Below, piece by piece: positions 1-9,670 of a stretch of 64,000 nucleotides of DNA. The position numbers were made by a program, and so were the translations under genes. The notes below the pieces were generated by a model. It had not been told where the DNA came from and did not search any database. It saw only the letters and a list, made by a program, of their open reading frames with translations. Origin of the DNA: an uncultured delta proteobacterium (GTDB lineage: Bacteria; Desulfobacterota; Binatia; UBA9968). Location of the stretch: the NCBI GenBank assembly GCA_963727625.1, contig CAVSHR010000008.1, positions 96,001-160,000 on the forward strand. The letters run 5' to 3'. Positions within the stretch are counted from its first letter, which is position 1; every line of letters starts with the position of its first letter.

Positions 1-275
1 AGTTGGTAGGTGCGCAGATTGGCCTGATAGAGGGTGATGCCGGTGGCATCCGCAGCGGCCATCAGCTTTTGCAGGGCGGCGGAGATGTGCGCCTCGGAAT
101 AGCCGCGCCGCTTCAGGTTCGCCCGGAGCAGGTCCGCCTCGATGCAACGGTTGTTGTCCCGCTTGTTCCACTCGCCGAGGTAATCGTAGCCGAGGCAATC
201 AGGCCGGGCCTTGTCCGTGAACAAATCGATGACGCGGTTCTGCGTCTTGCGTTCGGAGCGGGGTTGTTCAGGCAT
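1..275 (-). CDS. hsdR: Type I restriction endonuclease subunit R, N-terminus (runs off the window edge)
   Basis: Hand translation from ATG at 275 (AAGGA SD upstream): [60 protein letters not shown]..., a typical HsdR N-terminus downstream of hsdM/hsdS. Not in the ORF track. Confidence 0.8.
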   Translation of the reverse strand, partial: MPEQPRSERKTQNRVIDLFTDKARPDCLGYDYLGEWNKRDNNRCIEADLLRANLKRRGYSEAHISAALQKLMAAADATGITLYQANLRTYQ

Positions 276-528
276 GGGATTCCTTGAGTGAAATGCACCG
301 CAGCCTCCCGGCGAGGAGTTCCTGCATCATGCCCTGTTTAGCCGGATGGCTGATCTGTTCCCCCGAATATTTGCATTTCGTCAGACAGTCGGTGAGAAGA
401 TTCTCCTTGATTTTGCTGTTGTCCAGCCGGTCGGTCCAATCGCCGAGGTAACGGTAATAGAGTTTGTCGCGCAAAAGGGCGGCGACTCGGTTTTGTGTCA
501 CGCGTTTTGGCCTCCCGGCTACGTTCAT
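268..528 (-). pseudogene. Chimeric remnant: HsdR-like N-terminus joined to an HsdS-like C-terminal tail
   Basis: TQNRVAALLRDKLYYRYLGDWTDRLDNSKI parallels the hsdR start at 275; [12 protein letters not shown] parallels the hsdS end KQAMMQELLTGR. Confidence 0.7.
313..331. repeat. 19-bp direct repeat, copy 1 (GAGGAGTTCCTGCATCATG); copy 2 at 1843-1861
   Basis: Exact match between 313-331 and 1843-1861, within an imperfect 36-bp match (304-339 vs 1834-1869); encodes the HsdS C-terminal MMQELL motif. Confidence 0.9.
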
Positions 529-533
529 GCGAT

Positions 534-1748
534 TCAGCTTTTTTTCCCGGAGGTCTTCTTCGGTTTTGGTTTGAAGCTGGGGATGACACGGCGCATGAAC
601 TCATCAAACAGCGGCACAGTAAACGCCATGTCGCCATGCTCTGGACTGTAAATCATCCCCTTCTTGATGAGACTGGCACGCACTGGTCCTAGCGTCGTTA
701 TTTTAGCGCCGAGCGTTTCGGCGATGTCGCCGGTTCGGTATGGCCCCGCTCCAAGTTCAGCCATTGCGCGCAGATAGTCCTTTTCGCGTGGCGTAAGTCG
801 GTCAAAGCGAACTCGGAAAAAGTTTTGATCCAATCGGTCTTGGACAATGGTGCTGGCCTCGCGCGTGATTTTCAGAGTGATCGGCGTTGCCGGTGCATGA
901 TTCCACGCTTGATATCCCCATTCTTGAATGAAGTACGGATAGCCTTTGGTCAGGCGGACAATCTCTTTCAGTGCAGCGGCCTCAAACTCCACCCCTGCCA
1001 CCTTGACCGGGTCCTGCAATGCCTTGATTGCGTCGGGTTCCGACAATGCGCCGATGTCGGGGAAGTTAAAGAGCCGCTCGGCATATGATTTCGATTCGCC
1101 CGCCAGTCCGGGAAGTATCGGCAACCCCGCGCCAATCAGCACCAAGGGCAATTGGCGTTGCTGCATCCGATGCATCGCCATGATCAACGCGCTCAACTCC
1201 GCCGTTGTGAAATACTGAATTTCGTCAATCAGTATGGCCACCGCAACCTGCCGTTCTTCCGCCGCTTCAGCGACGGCGACAAACAGATTGGGCAAATCAA
1301 CTTCCAGATCCCCGCTGTCGGCTGTTCCTTTTTCCGGTTCGATGTCGAGGCTAAATTCAAGGTCGCCATAGGATACCTTGACCGCAGTGATAAAACTCTT
1401 CAGCACGCCAATACCCCGCCGCACCTTGTCGCCGGCAGCCTTGATCCGGTCTAATTCGAACAGCAGTCGACGCAGATGCGGCGCGAGCAGCGTCGCCAGC
1501 CGTTTGTCTTCGTGCGCCTCAATTAAGATCGTGCGATACCCCTCGGCTTGCGCTAGGCGCTCAATCTCAATAAGCAACACTGTCTTGCCAACCCCCCGCA
1601 GGCCGGTCAGAAGAATGCTTTTCTCCGGGCGTTTTATCTTGACTCGTCCGAGTAGAACCCTTGCCTGCTCCAGAACGCTGTCGCGGCCGGCCAGTTCTGG
1701 CGGCGGCGATCCCGCTCCCGGTGAAAATGGGTTCTTAATCCTGTCCAT
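534..1748 (-). CDS. AAA+ ATPase (AAA_16/ORC-Cdc6-like) with probable C-terminal winged helix
   Basis: NPFSPGAG...GRD N-terminus, Walker A GLRGVGKT, Walker B ILIDEIQ, GYPYFIQ motif; intact 404 aa. Confidence 0.85.
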   Translation of the reverse strand: MDRIKNPFSPGAGSPPPELAGRDSVLEQARVLLGRVKIKRPEKSILLTGLRGVGKTVLLIEIERLAQAEGYRTILIEAHEDKRLATLLAPHLRRLLFELDRIKAAGDKVRRGIGVLKSFITAVKVSYGDLEFSLDIEPEKGTADSGDLEVDLPNLFVAVAEAAEERQVAVAILIDEIQYFTTAELSALIMAMHRMQQRQLPLVLIGAGLPILPGLAGESKSYAERLFNFPDIGALSEPDAIKALQDPVKVAGVEFEAAALKEIVRLTKGYPYFIQEWGYQAWNHAPATPITLKITREASTIVQDRLDQNFFRVRFDRLTPREKDYLRAMAELGAGPYRTGDIAETLGAKITTLGPVRASLIKKGMIYSPEHGDMAFTVPLFDEFMRRVIPSFKPKPKKTSGKKS

Positions 1749-1818
1749 GGTGGTTTTCCAGTTTATACCGATTTATTCACGTTTATACGGCCAGCACCGT
1801 ATACATGCGTATACTTTG

Positions 1819-3066
1819 CTACACCAGTCTGGTCCTCCCAGTGAGGAGTTCCTGCATCATGGCTTGCTTGAGGGCGCGGGTCTTCTCCCGCCGCTGCTCC
1901 AGCGCCGCCAGCTCCGCGTCCATGTCCGTCAGCACCTCGGCGATGGCGGTTTGTTCGGGGGGGTGAGGCGGCTGGGAACCGAGGGCTCTTAACTTTGGGG
2001 GCGTCAAACGGGTGATGGCATTTCGCTCAATTGCGACTTGACGCGATCTGCCGAAATTGCACAGAATGATAATGAAATACGTGGCGAATGATGCCGACTA
2101 TCGAGAGCGAAGATCGCAACAACTGGAAAGAGAGGTTGATGTTCATTCATTCGGCTTCCAAGCGCATAACCTGCGTTGCAGCGATCGTAGAGTCAGCAGA
2201 AGGTCGCTCTATCTTACATCGCAGCGAGCATAGATCTTGAAAGTTCATCGTACTGAATGCGTTGGCGGTGGACATGTCGAGCAGCCCGAAGCGGATGTTC
2301 ATTGACGTGACATACAAGAGTCGTTGCCTCCTAGCTTGGGGAAAAGTCGTCCCCTCTTGGATCTATCCTGCGAATCTCATGAAGCCGTCTTCACCTCCCA
2401 CTCGCCGTGGAAGCCGGGGAGGCGGGTTTGGCCGGTGAGGAGTTGCTGCATGGCGGCCTGTTTGAGGTCGCGCTTCTTGGCGATGAGCCGGTCCAGCCCG
2501 CCCAGCAGCCCATCCACATCGCTCAACGCCGTCGCGATGGCGCGTTGTTCGGGCGAGGGACGGCGACAGTGGAATCGAAGATCTCGCCAAATCTGCACCA
2601 ACGTTTGGCTGCGGAGCGCCGCCCGGCCGCATCTCTGATCATTCGAGCGCAGATCGTGGAACTGAAGTAAGCAACTAGATATCCGCGACTCAGTGCCGCT
2701 TTGCTGTAGCGCGAATAATCGCGACTGACTTGCTATTGCGCCTTGGCCCGGAAGTTACTGCTCACGACGCCAACTATGCCAAGCGAGCTGCAATCGAAAT
2801 CGAGTATGTCGCCGGCTTTGATCTTGGCATCCGCCAAGCCGGTTAGAGGCCTCGCTGGTGATGTAGTGCGTTTCATTAGAATCGAGATTGCCCTCTGCGA
2901 TATGGCCAGCCTTGATGAACGGGATGCACTCTGCCGGTGTCCACGTCAGCCTAGTTACTGCTTCGGTAACCGTTCTCGAACAACCGATTCTGCCAAGCGT
3001 AGAGACCTCCCACTCCTCCGGGATGACGCCGACCTCGGTCTGTTTGTAGCCGGGTTTCACTTCCAT
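1819..3066 (-). pseudogene. hsdS: Type I R-M specificity subunit, multiply frameshifted
   Basis: Conserved blocks in different frames: MEVKPGYKQTEVGVIPEEWEV (from 3066), EQRAIATALSDVDGLL...KQAAMQQLLTG (2377-2601 ORF), EQTAIAEVLTDMDAEL...KQAMMQELLTGRTRLV (1819-2007 ORF). Confidence 0.85.
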
Positions 3067-5558
3067 ACCGCTCCCATCTTTTTGAGGTGTTCGTCCACGC
3101 GGGCGGCGAGCGTCGCCACTTCATCGGTGAGCTGCGGCAGCGGGGTGGCGTAGCGTTCGGCGAGTTGGCGGATGCGGCCGGTGAGGGTTTGCGAGACGCG
3201 GTCCAGCTCGCCCTGCACGGCGGCGGCGAGCGTGGCCAGCCATTTGTCGTCCACCACGAGGGTCTTGATTTCGTCCTCGGTGAGCGTGGGGTATTTGGCG
3301 TCGAGCTTGGCTTCGAGGTCTTCCTGCGCGGCTTTGAGCCGGGCCTTGGCGTCGGCCTGCTGGTCGAGCAACGCGGCGTAGTCTTCGAGGGCCTGGCGTT
3401 CCTCGGCGTAGTCCGGGTCGCGGCCGATTTCCTTGAGGCGGGCCTTCACGGCTTTGGCGGTGATTTTCTGCTTCTCGCCCTCGCCTTCGATGACTTCCGC
3501 GAGCAGCCCTTCCTCGCCGCTTTGCTCCTCGCGCTTTTCGTCGAGCTGCTGCTCGATGCCGGCGAGTTCGGCTTCGAGGGCGGCGATGGCATCCCGCTCG
3601 GCGGCGAAATAGCGGGCGATGAGAATGGCGGCGGGGACGAGGTCGGACTTGAAGCGGCGCTTGCCCTTCTTGAAGTCTTCCTTCTCGGGCCAGACGAGTT
3701 TGCTTTCCTTGTTTTTGACCTGACGGATTTCGCGGGGCTGCGCGCCCGCCTTCCACCCGGCATCGGCGATGAGGTAGCAATCGTCCTGCATGGTCTCGGC
3801 CCAGTAGTCCATGAGGTGCTGATAGACATCGTAGGCGTCGAGCAGCGGCGCGGTCTTGAAGGTGGCGAGCAGGTCCTCGGCGATGGTTTCGATGAGCGGC
3901 TTGGGATGGCCGTCCTGGGCGAAGCCTTTGAGCTGCGGCGTGCTGGCCTTTTTCCATTTGGTGAAGAGCTTGGTGGCGGACTCGTTGAAGGCGGTGAACT
4001 CGGCGTGGCCGAAGATGGCGGGCTTCACTTCGGCGATGGGGAGCTTCAGCTGCAGAGTAGCCGGGGCGGTTAGCGTTCTTGAACAAGGCGGCGCGCATGC
4101 CGGGCATGATTTTCCAGTAGTTGCCGAGGGCATCGAGGTCGCGCTCGGGGATGCCGCCGCGCAGGTGGCCGTCGATGTCCTGCAAGTCCTCCGGCTCGGT
4201 GCTGTCGATGTAGCGCGGGAGGTTGAGGTTGTAGTCGTTCTTCGGGTCGGCGATTTCCTCGACGGGCACCATGCGGGCGTAGCGCGGGTCGCTTTCATCC
4301 TGCCGGGTGAAGGTGTCCACGATCTTGTGGATGTCCTGCTCGCGGAGGCGGTTCTTCGGGCCGTCCTTCTTGAAGCCCTTGGAGGCATCAATCATGAAGA
4401 TGCCCTTGCGGGCGGTGGCGTTTTCCTTGTCGAGCACGACGATGCAGGCCGGGATGCCGGTGCCGTAAAAGAGATTGGCGGGCAGGCCGATGATGGCCTT
4501 GAGGTAGCCGCGAGCGGACGAGCTGCTGGCGGATGACGGCCTCGGCATTGCCCCGAAAGAGGACGCCGTGCGGCAGAATGCAGGCGCCTTTGCCCGTGCT
4601 CTTCAGCGAGCGGATGATGTGCAGGAGGTAGGCGTAGTCGCCCTGCTTCTTCGGCGGCACGCCCCAGTTGAAGCGCTGGAATTTGTCGCCTTTGCCGCTC
4701 TCGCCCAGGCTGAGGCCGGTGGACCAGCGTCTTGTCCGAGAAGGGCGGATTGGCGACGACGTAGTCGTAGGTGCGGAGCTGCTCGCCGTCCTTGAACTTG
4801 GGATCGAAGAGCGTGTTGCCCGAGAGCACGTTGGCCGTCGGGAAGTCGTGCAGGATCATGTTCATGCGGGCGAGACCGGCGGTGGTCACGTCCTTCTCCT
4901 GCCCTTCGAGGGTGATGTGCGTGCCGGCCTCGGCGGCGACCTTGAGCAAGCAGCGAACCAGAGCCGCAGGTGGGGTCGTAGGCGGTGGTGGCCGCTTTGG
5001 AGTTGGCCGGCGAGATGCCGATGGCCTTGGCCATGATGCGGCTGACTTCGGACGGGGTGTAGAACTGGCCCTTGCTCTTGCCGCTCTCGGTGGCGAAGTG
5101 CCGCATGAGATACTCGTAGGCATCGCCAAGGATGTCGTCGTTCTCGGCGCGGTTCTTCGAGAAATCGAGCGCGGGGTTCTCGAAGATGGCGATGAGGTTG
5201 GCGAGCTTCTCGACCATCTGCTGGCCCGTCGCCGAGCTTGGTCGGATCGTTGAAGTCGGGGAAGTCGCTACGGGCGAGGCGGGAGTTGGCGTCGATCAGC
5301 GGCTGGATGACCTGGGTGTTGATCTTGTTCGCCGATGTCGCTGTTGCCCTTGAGCGCGACCATGTCCTTGAAGCTCGCTCCCTTCGGAATGACGACCGGC
5401 GGAGCGAAGTCGTCGGAGTCGCCGTATTTGTCGGAGACATATTTGATGAACAGCATGAACAGGACGTAGTCCTTGTATTGGCTGGCATCCATGCCGCCGC
5501 GCAGTTCGTCGCAGGAGGCCCAGAGGGAGGAGTAGAGGTCGGATTTCTTGACGGCCAT
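3057..5558 (-). pseudogene. hsdM: Type I R-M N6-adenine methyltransferase subunit, frameshifted
   Basis: MAVKKSDLYSSLWASCDELRGGMDASQYKDY (ATG 5558), GQFYTP, YDPTCGSGSLL, VVANPPF, LPHGVLFRG and the C-terminus LKKMGAVWK are spread over several frames. Confidence 0.9.
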
Positions 5559-5779
5559 TGGCGCCTGAATTCCTTTGTTACAGTCTGCGGTTCGGGAAAC
5601 GGTGCCAGGACGGGTCAAAAATTCACGCACGGTAAAAATAGACTTTTTGGGAAGCGGGCCGCGTAAGTCCGGTTTAGTAGTTGGTTTGCCGATTTGGCTT
5701 TTCCGCCTTCCCCTACTATTTACTGTAACGTCCGGTATAATCCAAGGAGATTTGACCAGGATAATCGAGGAGGAAACGC

Positions 5780-6991
5780 ATGGCTCGACATTTCTCGACC
5801 AAAGACTTCTTCCGGCAGATTCCGAATGCGCTGCTCGCCCGCTATTTTCAAGCGCGGAGGGTGTTCTTGGATCTGGATTTCTCGGCGATGAAGGAGACCA
5901 GCCGGACGGGTTGTTCGACGGCGTGGTTGGCCCTGCCGGAGACCAGCGCCACGAGATGGACGCAGAGTTTCGCGAGATTTTCGAGCTGAGCTGTGAAAAG
6001 GGCTTCCGGGCGATCATTGACGAGGCGGAGTGGCATCTTGGCGACGATCCGGACGCCCGCCACGAGCTCATCGGCTCAGCTTTCGGCGCTATCCAATCAC
6101 TTCGAGCGGGCGATGGTCACTTTTCTGGACCACAATGAATACTGGAAGGGCGCGACGCTTTTCTATCACGCGGACACACTGCCCTATTGGCGCAAGCGCA
6201 AAAACTTTCCTCATGTCCCAGCAAATGTGGACGAGGCGAACCTCCAAGCACTGGCGGGGCTGATCCGCACCTATTTTCACCACACCGAAGGCCGGGGCAA
6301 TAACTGTGTGGTCGAGCCGTTCCGCCGTGGCGAGCTGGATTACTTCTTTGCTTACCCTGAGGACTATTCGCAGCATACCATCGAATGGGTCAACGGCGAG
6401 TTTGCCACCCGGCCGCACAACCCGGCGTTTGAAGTGATCTGCGTCTATTCGCAAAAAGACGGCACGCTCGACTTGAACTTTCGAGGGGCGAAGAAAGCCG
6501 TCGAACCGTTGCAGGGCATGTTCGCGACGGCGATCCTCAAGCTGCCGGGGCTTCCTGCCGACCCGAAGGACGACCGGGTGTACGACCTCAATCCGCTGCG
6601 CAACAAAAGTTTCGATTTCACCTGGGACCCGGCGAGCGGCATTGAGGAAGTGGCAGTGAAGAAGCTGCGGCTATCCTCCAAGATGACCAAAGGCGAGCGA
6701 ATCACCTTGGAGACCGATGCAATGAACGATCCGGGTTCGATCTACGACCTGCTGGAAAAGGTCAGTAAATCTAATCCGTTACACCTCTACAACGTGACGC
6801 AAGCGGAGATCGGCGCCTTGGTTGCCATGGATAATAAAAAACCGGCGAAATCGGTGACCATCCGAATCACGTTTCCAAACTCCTGTTCGCTCAAATACGA
6901 CGAGCTGGATTTGAAGCTTCGCGACATGCTGCACGCCTCCGGCATCGAACCGCGCGAGCCGGCAGAAGAAGAGAAAGCTTCAGACGAATGA
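5780..6991 (+). CDS. Conserved hypothetical island protein (about 400 aa once frameshifts near 5900-6075 are corrected)
   Basis: AGGAGG SD before ATG 5780 (MARHFSTKDFFRQIPNALLARYF); continues via EMDAEFREIFELSCEKGF and then the 5993-6991 ORF; its stop overlaps the next start (ATGA). Confidence 0.65.
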
Positions 6992-7776
6992 CGCCTGAGT
7001 CCGCTTTGATCGAGCTGCTTGTCCGTGTCGGTGCGCGGGACGGTGCGGCGGTTTTTGTCAGCGGCGAAGAACTGAGCCAGTGGCCGGTGCCTGCGGTCGC
7101 GGCCCTGAAATCGCAGAAGCTGCTCGTCAAGACGCGGCCGGCGAGAAGCGTGGTGTGTCCCGGCTGCGAGCGGGAGTGTGTCATGCCCGTGCATACGCTC
7201 CCCCGCGCCGGCAGCGCGGCGGTATCGTTCGTCGTGTGCGACAAACGCGACGACATCAATCGCGTGCCGGTTTCCGCTGAACGGCTGACGCAATGGCGGT
7301 GCGACGCTGAAGCTGTATGCGGGTTCATTACCAAGAGTCTCGGATTGCGCCGGAGCGAGCAGCATTCTACCGAGCTGGCGCTTTGGAACATCGGAATTGC
7401 CCGAGGCGAAAAGCGCAGCCAGATATTGACGCTCAGAGCGGATAGTGAGCTAAGCCTCGTTGCGGGCGACAAAGCCGTGCCGCTGGCGGAACTCGTTAGC
7501 TTCGGTGACGGCAGATATTCGGTTGACGCCTCGACGGCCCGCGAACTGGTGGACGCGGCGAGCACGGCGGACCCTCGCTACACGCCAAGCAACGCGAGGC
7601 GCGAAGCGCGGAAACTCGACACTCAGGCGATGTACGAGGAATGGCGGAAAGCGTACCGGCAACTGAAACGGCAACACCCCCATATGTCCGATGTATGGTA
7701 TTCGCGGCAAATTGCCAAGATGGATATTGCCACTCGCCGTAACTCGGACACGGTCCGAAAGCACATGAAGAAATAA
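6988..7776 (+). CDS. Hypothetical protein with a Cys cluster (CPGCERECVM...CDKR) and a possible C-terminal helix-turn-helix
   Basis: Intact 262-aa ORF coupled to the upstream gene; basic C-terminus SDVWYSRQIAKMDIATRRNSDTVRKHMKK. Confidence 0.7.
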   Translation: MTPESALIELLVRVGARDGAAVFVSGEELSQWPVPAVAALKSQKLLVKTRPARSVVCPGCERECVMPVHTLPRAGSAAVSFVVCDKRDDINRVPVSAERLTQWRCDAEAVCGFITKSLGLRRSEQHSTELALWNIGIARGEKRSQILTLRADSELSLVAGDKAVPLAELVSFGDGRYSVDASTARELVDAASTADPRYTPSNARREARKLDTQAMYEEWRKAYRQLKRQHPHMSDVWYSRQIAKMDIATRRNSDTVRKHMKK

Positions 7777-7781
7777 AAAAG
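7766..7781. repeat. 16-bp direct repeat, copy 1 (TGAAGAAATAAAAAAG)
   Basis: Identical to 9083-9098; overlaps the 3' end of the 6988-7776 gene. Confidence 0.9.
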
Positions 7782-7914
7782 ATTGAACTTGGGATAAGGC
7801 GAGAATAATCAACATCGAGTACCACGAGCGCTTCGGAAGCACGGCGCGAAATCCGACTTGCGATCTGCTTGGAGCAGTGACGGTGAATCGAAAACGCCAG
7901 AAAGAAGGAGTCCA

Positions 7915-8469
7915 TTGAGCCAAAGTACAACTAACGATCTGCTGATTCTGCGGGCCGTGCGTTTCGCAGCCGAGCGCCACCGTAACCAACGGAGAAAAGA
8001 CGAAGAAGCTTCGCCCTATATCAATCACCCGATCTCGGTTTCTTTATTGCTGGCCGACGTGGGGGGCATTACAGACCCCGAGATCCTGGCGGCGGCGATT
8101 CTTCACGACACCATCGAAGACACCCGCACCACGCCCGCCGAGTTGCAGGAAGCCTTCGGCGCCAGAGTCCGCGGTATTGTCGATGAGGTGACCGACGACA
8201 AGAGCCTCGCCAAAGAAGTACGCAAGCAGCTCCAGATCGAACATGCGCGCCATCTCTCGCCCGGCGCGGCGCTGATCAAACTGGGCGATAAGATTTCCAA
8301 CGTGCTCGACGTGGCCAACTCGCCACCGACCGGATGGAGTCTTGACCGGCGCAAGGAATATCTCGACTGGGCCGAGGCAGTGGTTCAGAGCTGTCCGAAA
8401 GTCAATTCAGAGCTGGAGAGCTACTTCGCGAGGGTTCTCGGAGAGTGCCGGCAAAAGCTCGACGTCTAG
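7915..8469 (+). CDS. Mesh1/SpoT-type HD-domain small alarmone ((p)ppGpp) hydrolase
   Basis: Motifs AAERHRNQRRK, PYINHP, AILHDTIEDT, EVTDDK, LIKLGDKISN; likely TTG start at 7915 after AAGGAG (ORF track starts at 7858). Confidence 0.85.
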   Translation: MSQSTTNDLLILRAVRFAAERHRNQRRKDEEASPYINHPISVSLLLADVGGITDPEILAAAILHDTIEDTRTTPAELQEAFGARVRGIVDEVTDDKSLAKEVRKQLQIEHARHLSPGAALIKLGDKISNVLDVANSPPTGWSLDRRKEYLDWAEAVVQSCPKVNSELESYFARVLGECRQKLDV

Positions 8470-8611
8470 GCGGCGGTCGCGGAACCCCCCCTTGACCGAG
8501 CTTGACTCTGGTCTAGCGGACGAAATAGGCTGCGGGTTAGAAGCGAAATCGGCCAACCGATATCTGTCGCCACCTGCGGTGGCTCGCAAGTTTTGAGTGA
8601 TTAGGTGCCAC

Positions 8612-9085
8612 TTGCCTACTGAGATCGAACGGAAATTTCTTGTTACGGGAACCGAGTGGCGCCAAGCCAACGGCGTTCGCTTTAGTCAGGGTTACTTGAA
8701 CCGGGATAAAGAGAGAACGGTCAGAGTCCGTTTGGCTGGGGAACAGGCCTTTCTTACCATCAAGGGCCTCACTACGGGAGCGTCACGGTCGGAGTTCGAA
8801 TACCAAATCCCGGTTGCCGACGCCGAGCAGTTATTGAAGTTATGTGACGGTCCAATCATTCAAAAGGTGAGATATTCAGTCGTTTACAAGGGCTTCAAGT
8901 GGGAAGTTGACGAGTTCTTGGGCGAAAATGCAGGGCTGGTAATTGCGGAAGTAGAACTAGAAAGTGAAGGCCAGCAATTCGACCGTCCAGTCTGGTTGGG
9001 GCGCGAAGTCTCTGATGATCCGCGCTACTTCAACTCGAATCTTGCTACAAACCCCTACAGTGCTTGGCGTGGACTTCCGGCTTGA
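8612..9085 (+). CDS. CYTH-domain protein (triphosphate tunnel metalloenzyme)
   Basis: Motifs EIERKFLV, QGYL, TVRVR, LTIKG, EFEY, WEVDEF, AEVEL, PRYFNSNL; likely TTG start at 8612. Confidence 0.9.
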   Translation: MPTEIERKFLVTGTEWRQANGVRFSQGYLNRDKERTVRVRLAGEQAFLTIKGLTTGASRSEFEYQIPVADAEQLLKLCDGPIIQKVRYSVVYKGFKWEVDEFLGENAGLVIAEVELESEGQQFDRPVWLGREVSDDPRYFNSNLATNPYSAWRGLPA

Positions 9086-9098
9086 AGAAATAAAAAAG
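9083..9098. repeat. 16-bp direct repeat, copy 2 (TGAAGAAATAAAAAAG)
   Basis: Identical to 7766-7781; supplies the TGA stop of the CYTH gene. Confidence 0.9.
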
Positions 9099-9141
9099 TT
9101 GGGCGGAATTTTTTCGCCCAATATCCCGCACACTATCCCGC
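9099..9141. promoter_or_regulatory. Inverted repeat TTGGGCG-N9-CGCCCAA followed by two TATCCCGC direct repeats (putative protein-binding site)
   Basis: Arms at 9099-9105 and 9115-9121; TATCCCGC at 9122-9129 and 9134-9141. Function is inferred. Confidence 0.45.
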
Positions 9142-9670
9142 TGTTTTCCTAGCGTTTCTTAGCCGATATTCGATCACACGCGGTGCTTTGGCGCCACTTC
9201 GCGCGCCGTCCAACCCGTTGACTCCACTGCTAGCCCAACTTTCTCAACTCGGATCGGAATGAAGTTTTTTAGCGGGTATGAAGGCGAAAAAGCTTCGTGA
9301 TTTCAAGGGGTGAGAGTTTCAAAGCGGCTGTAGTGTAGACCAAGTATCTTTTCAAGGGAAAGTTTTTGCGTACAATCAGACACCAAGATGTATTTACGCT
9401 GCAATCGGAGATTGAAGGACGGCAAAGAGCATTGCTATTGGAACATCGTCGAGAGTAAACGCTGCGCTGGGGGCAAGGTGGTGCAGCGCCAAGTGTTGTA
9501 TCTGGGCGAGCTCAACGACAGCCAGCACCAATCGTGGTACCGGGTGATTGAAGCCTTCGATGAGCAAAGCCAACAGCGCACGCAGCTGGCGTTATTCCCG
9601 GCGGAAAAGGAGTTGCCCGCGCACGCCGAGGGTTACGCAGTGCAGGTGCGTCTTGAGGCGATGGAGCTTA

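Noticed and set aside
3087-4536. Long plus-strand ORFs opposite hsdM (3087-4073, 3856-4536)
   Set aside because: Antisense shadows of a high-GC3 gene; no recognisable motifs.
8462-8545. Possible integron attC site between the HD and CYTH genes
   Set aside because: No RYYYAAC...GTTRRRY pair with complementary arms; GTTAGAA alone is insufficient and there is no intI.
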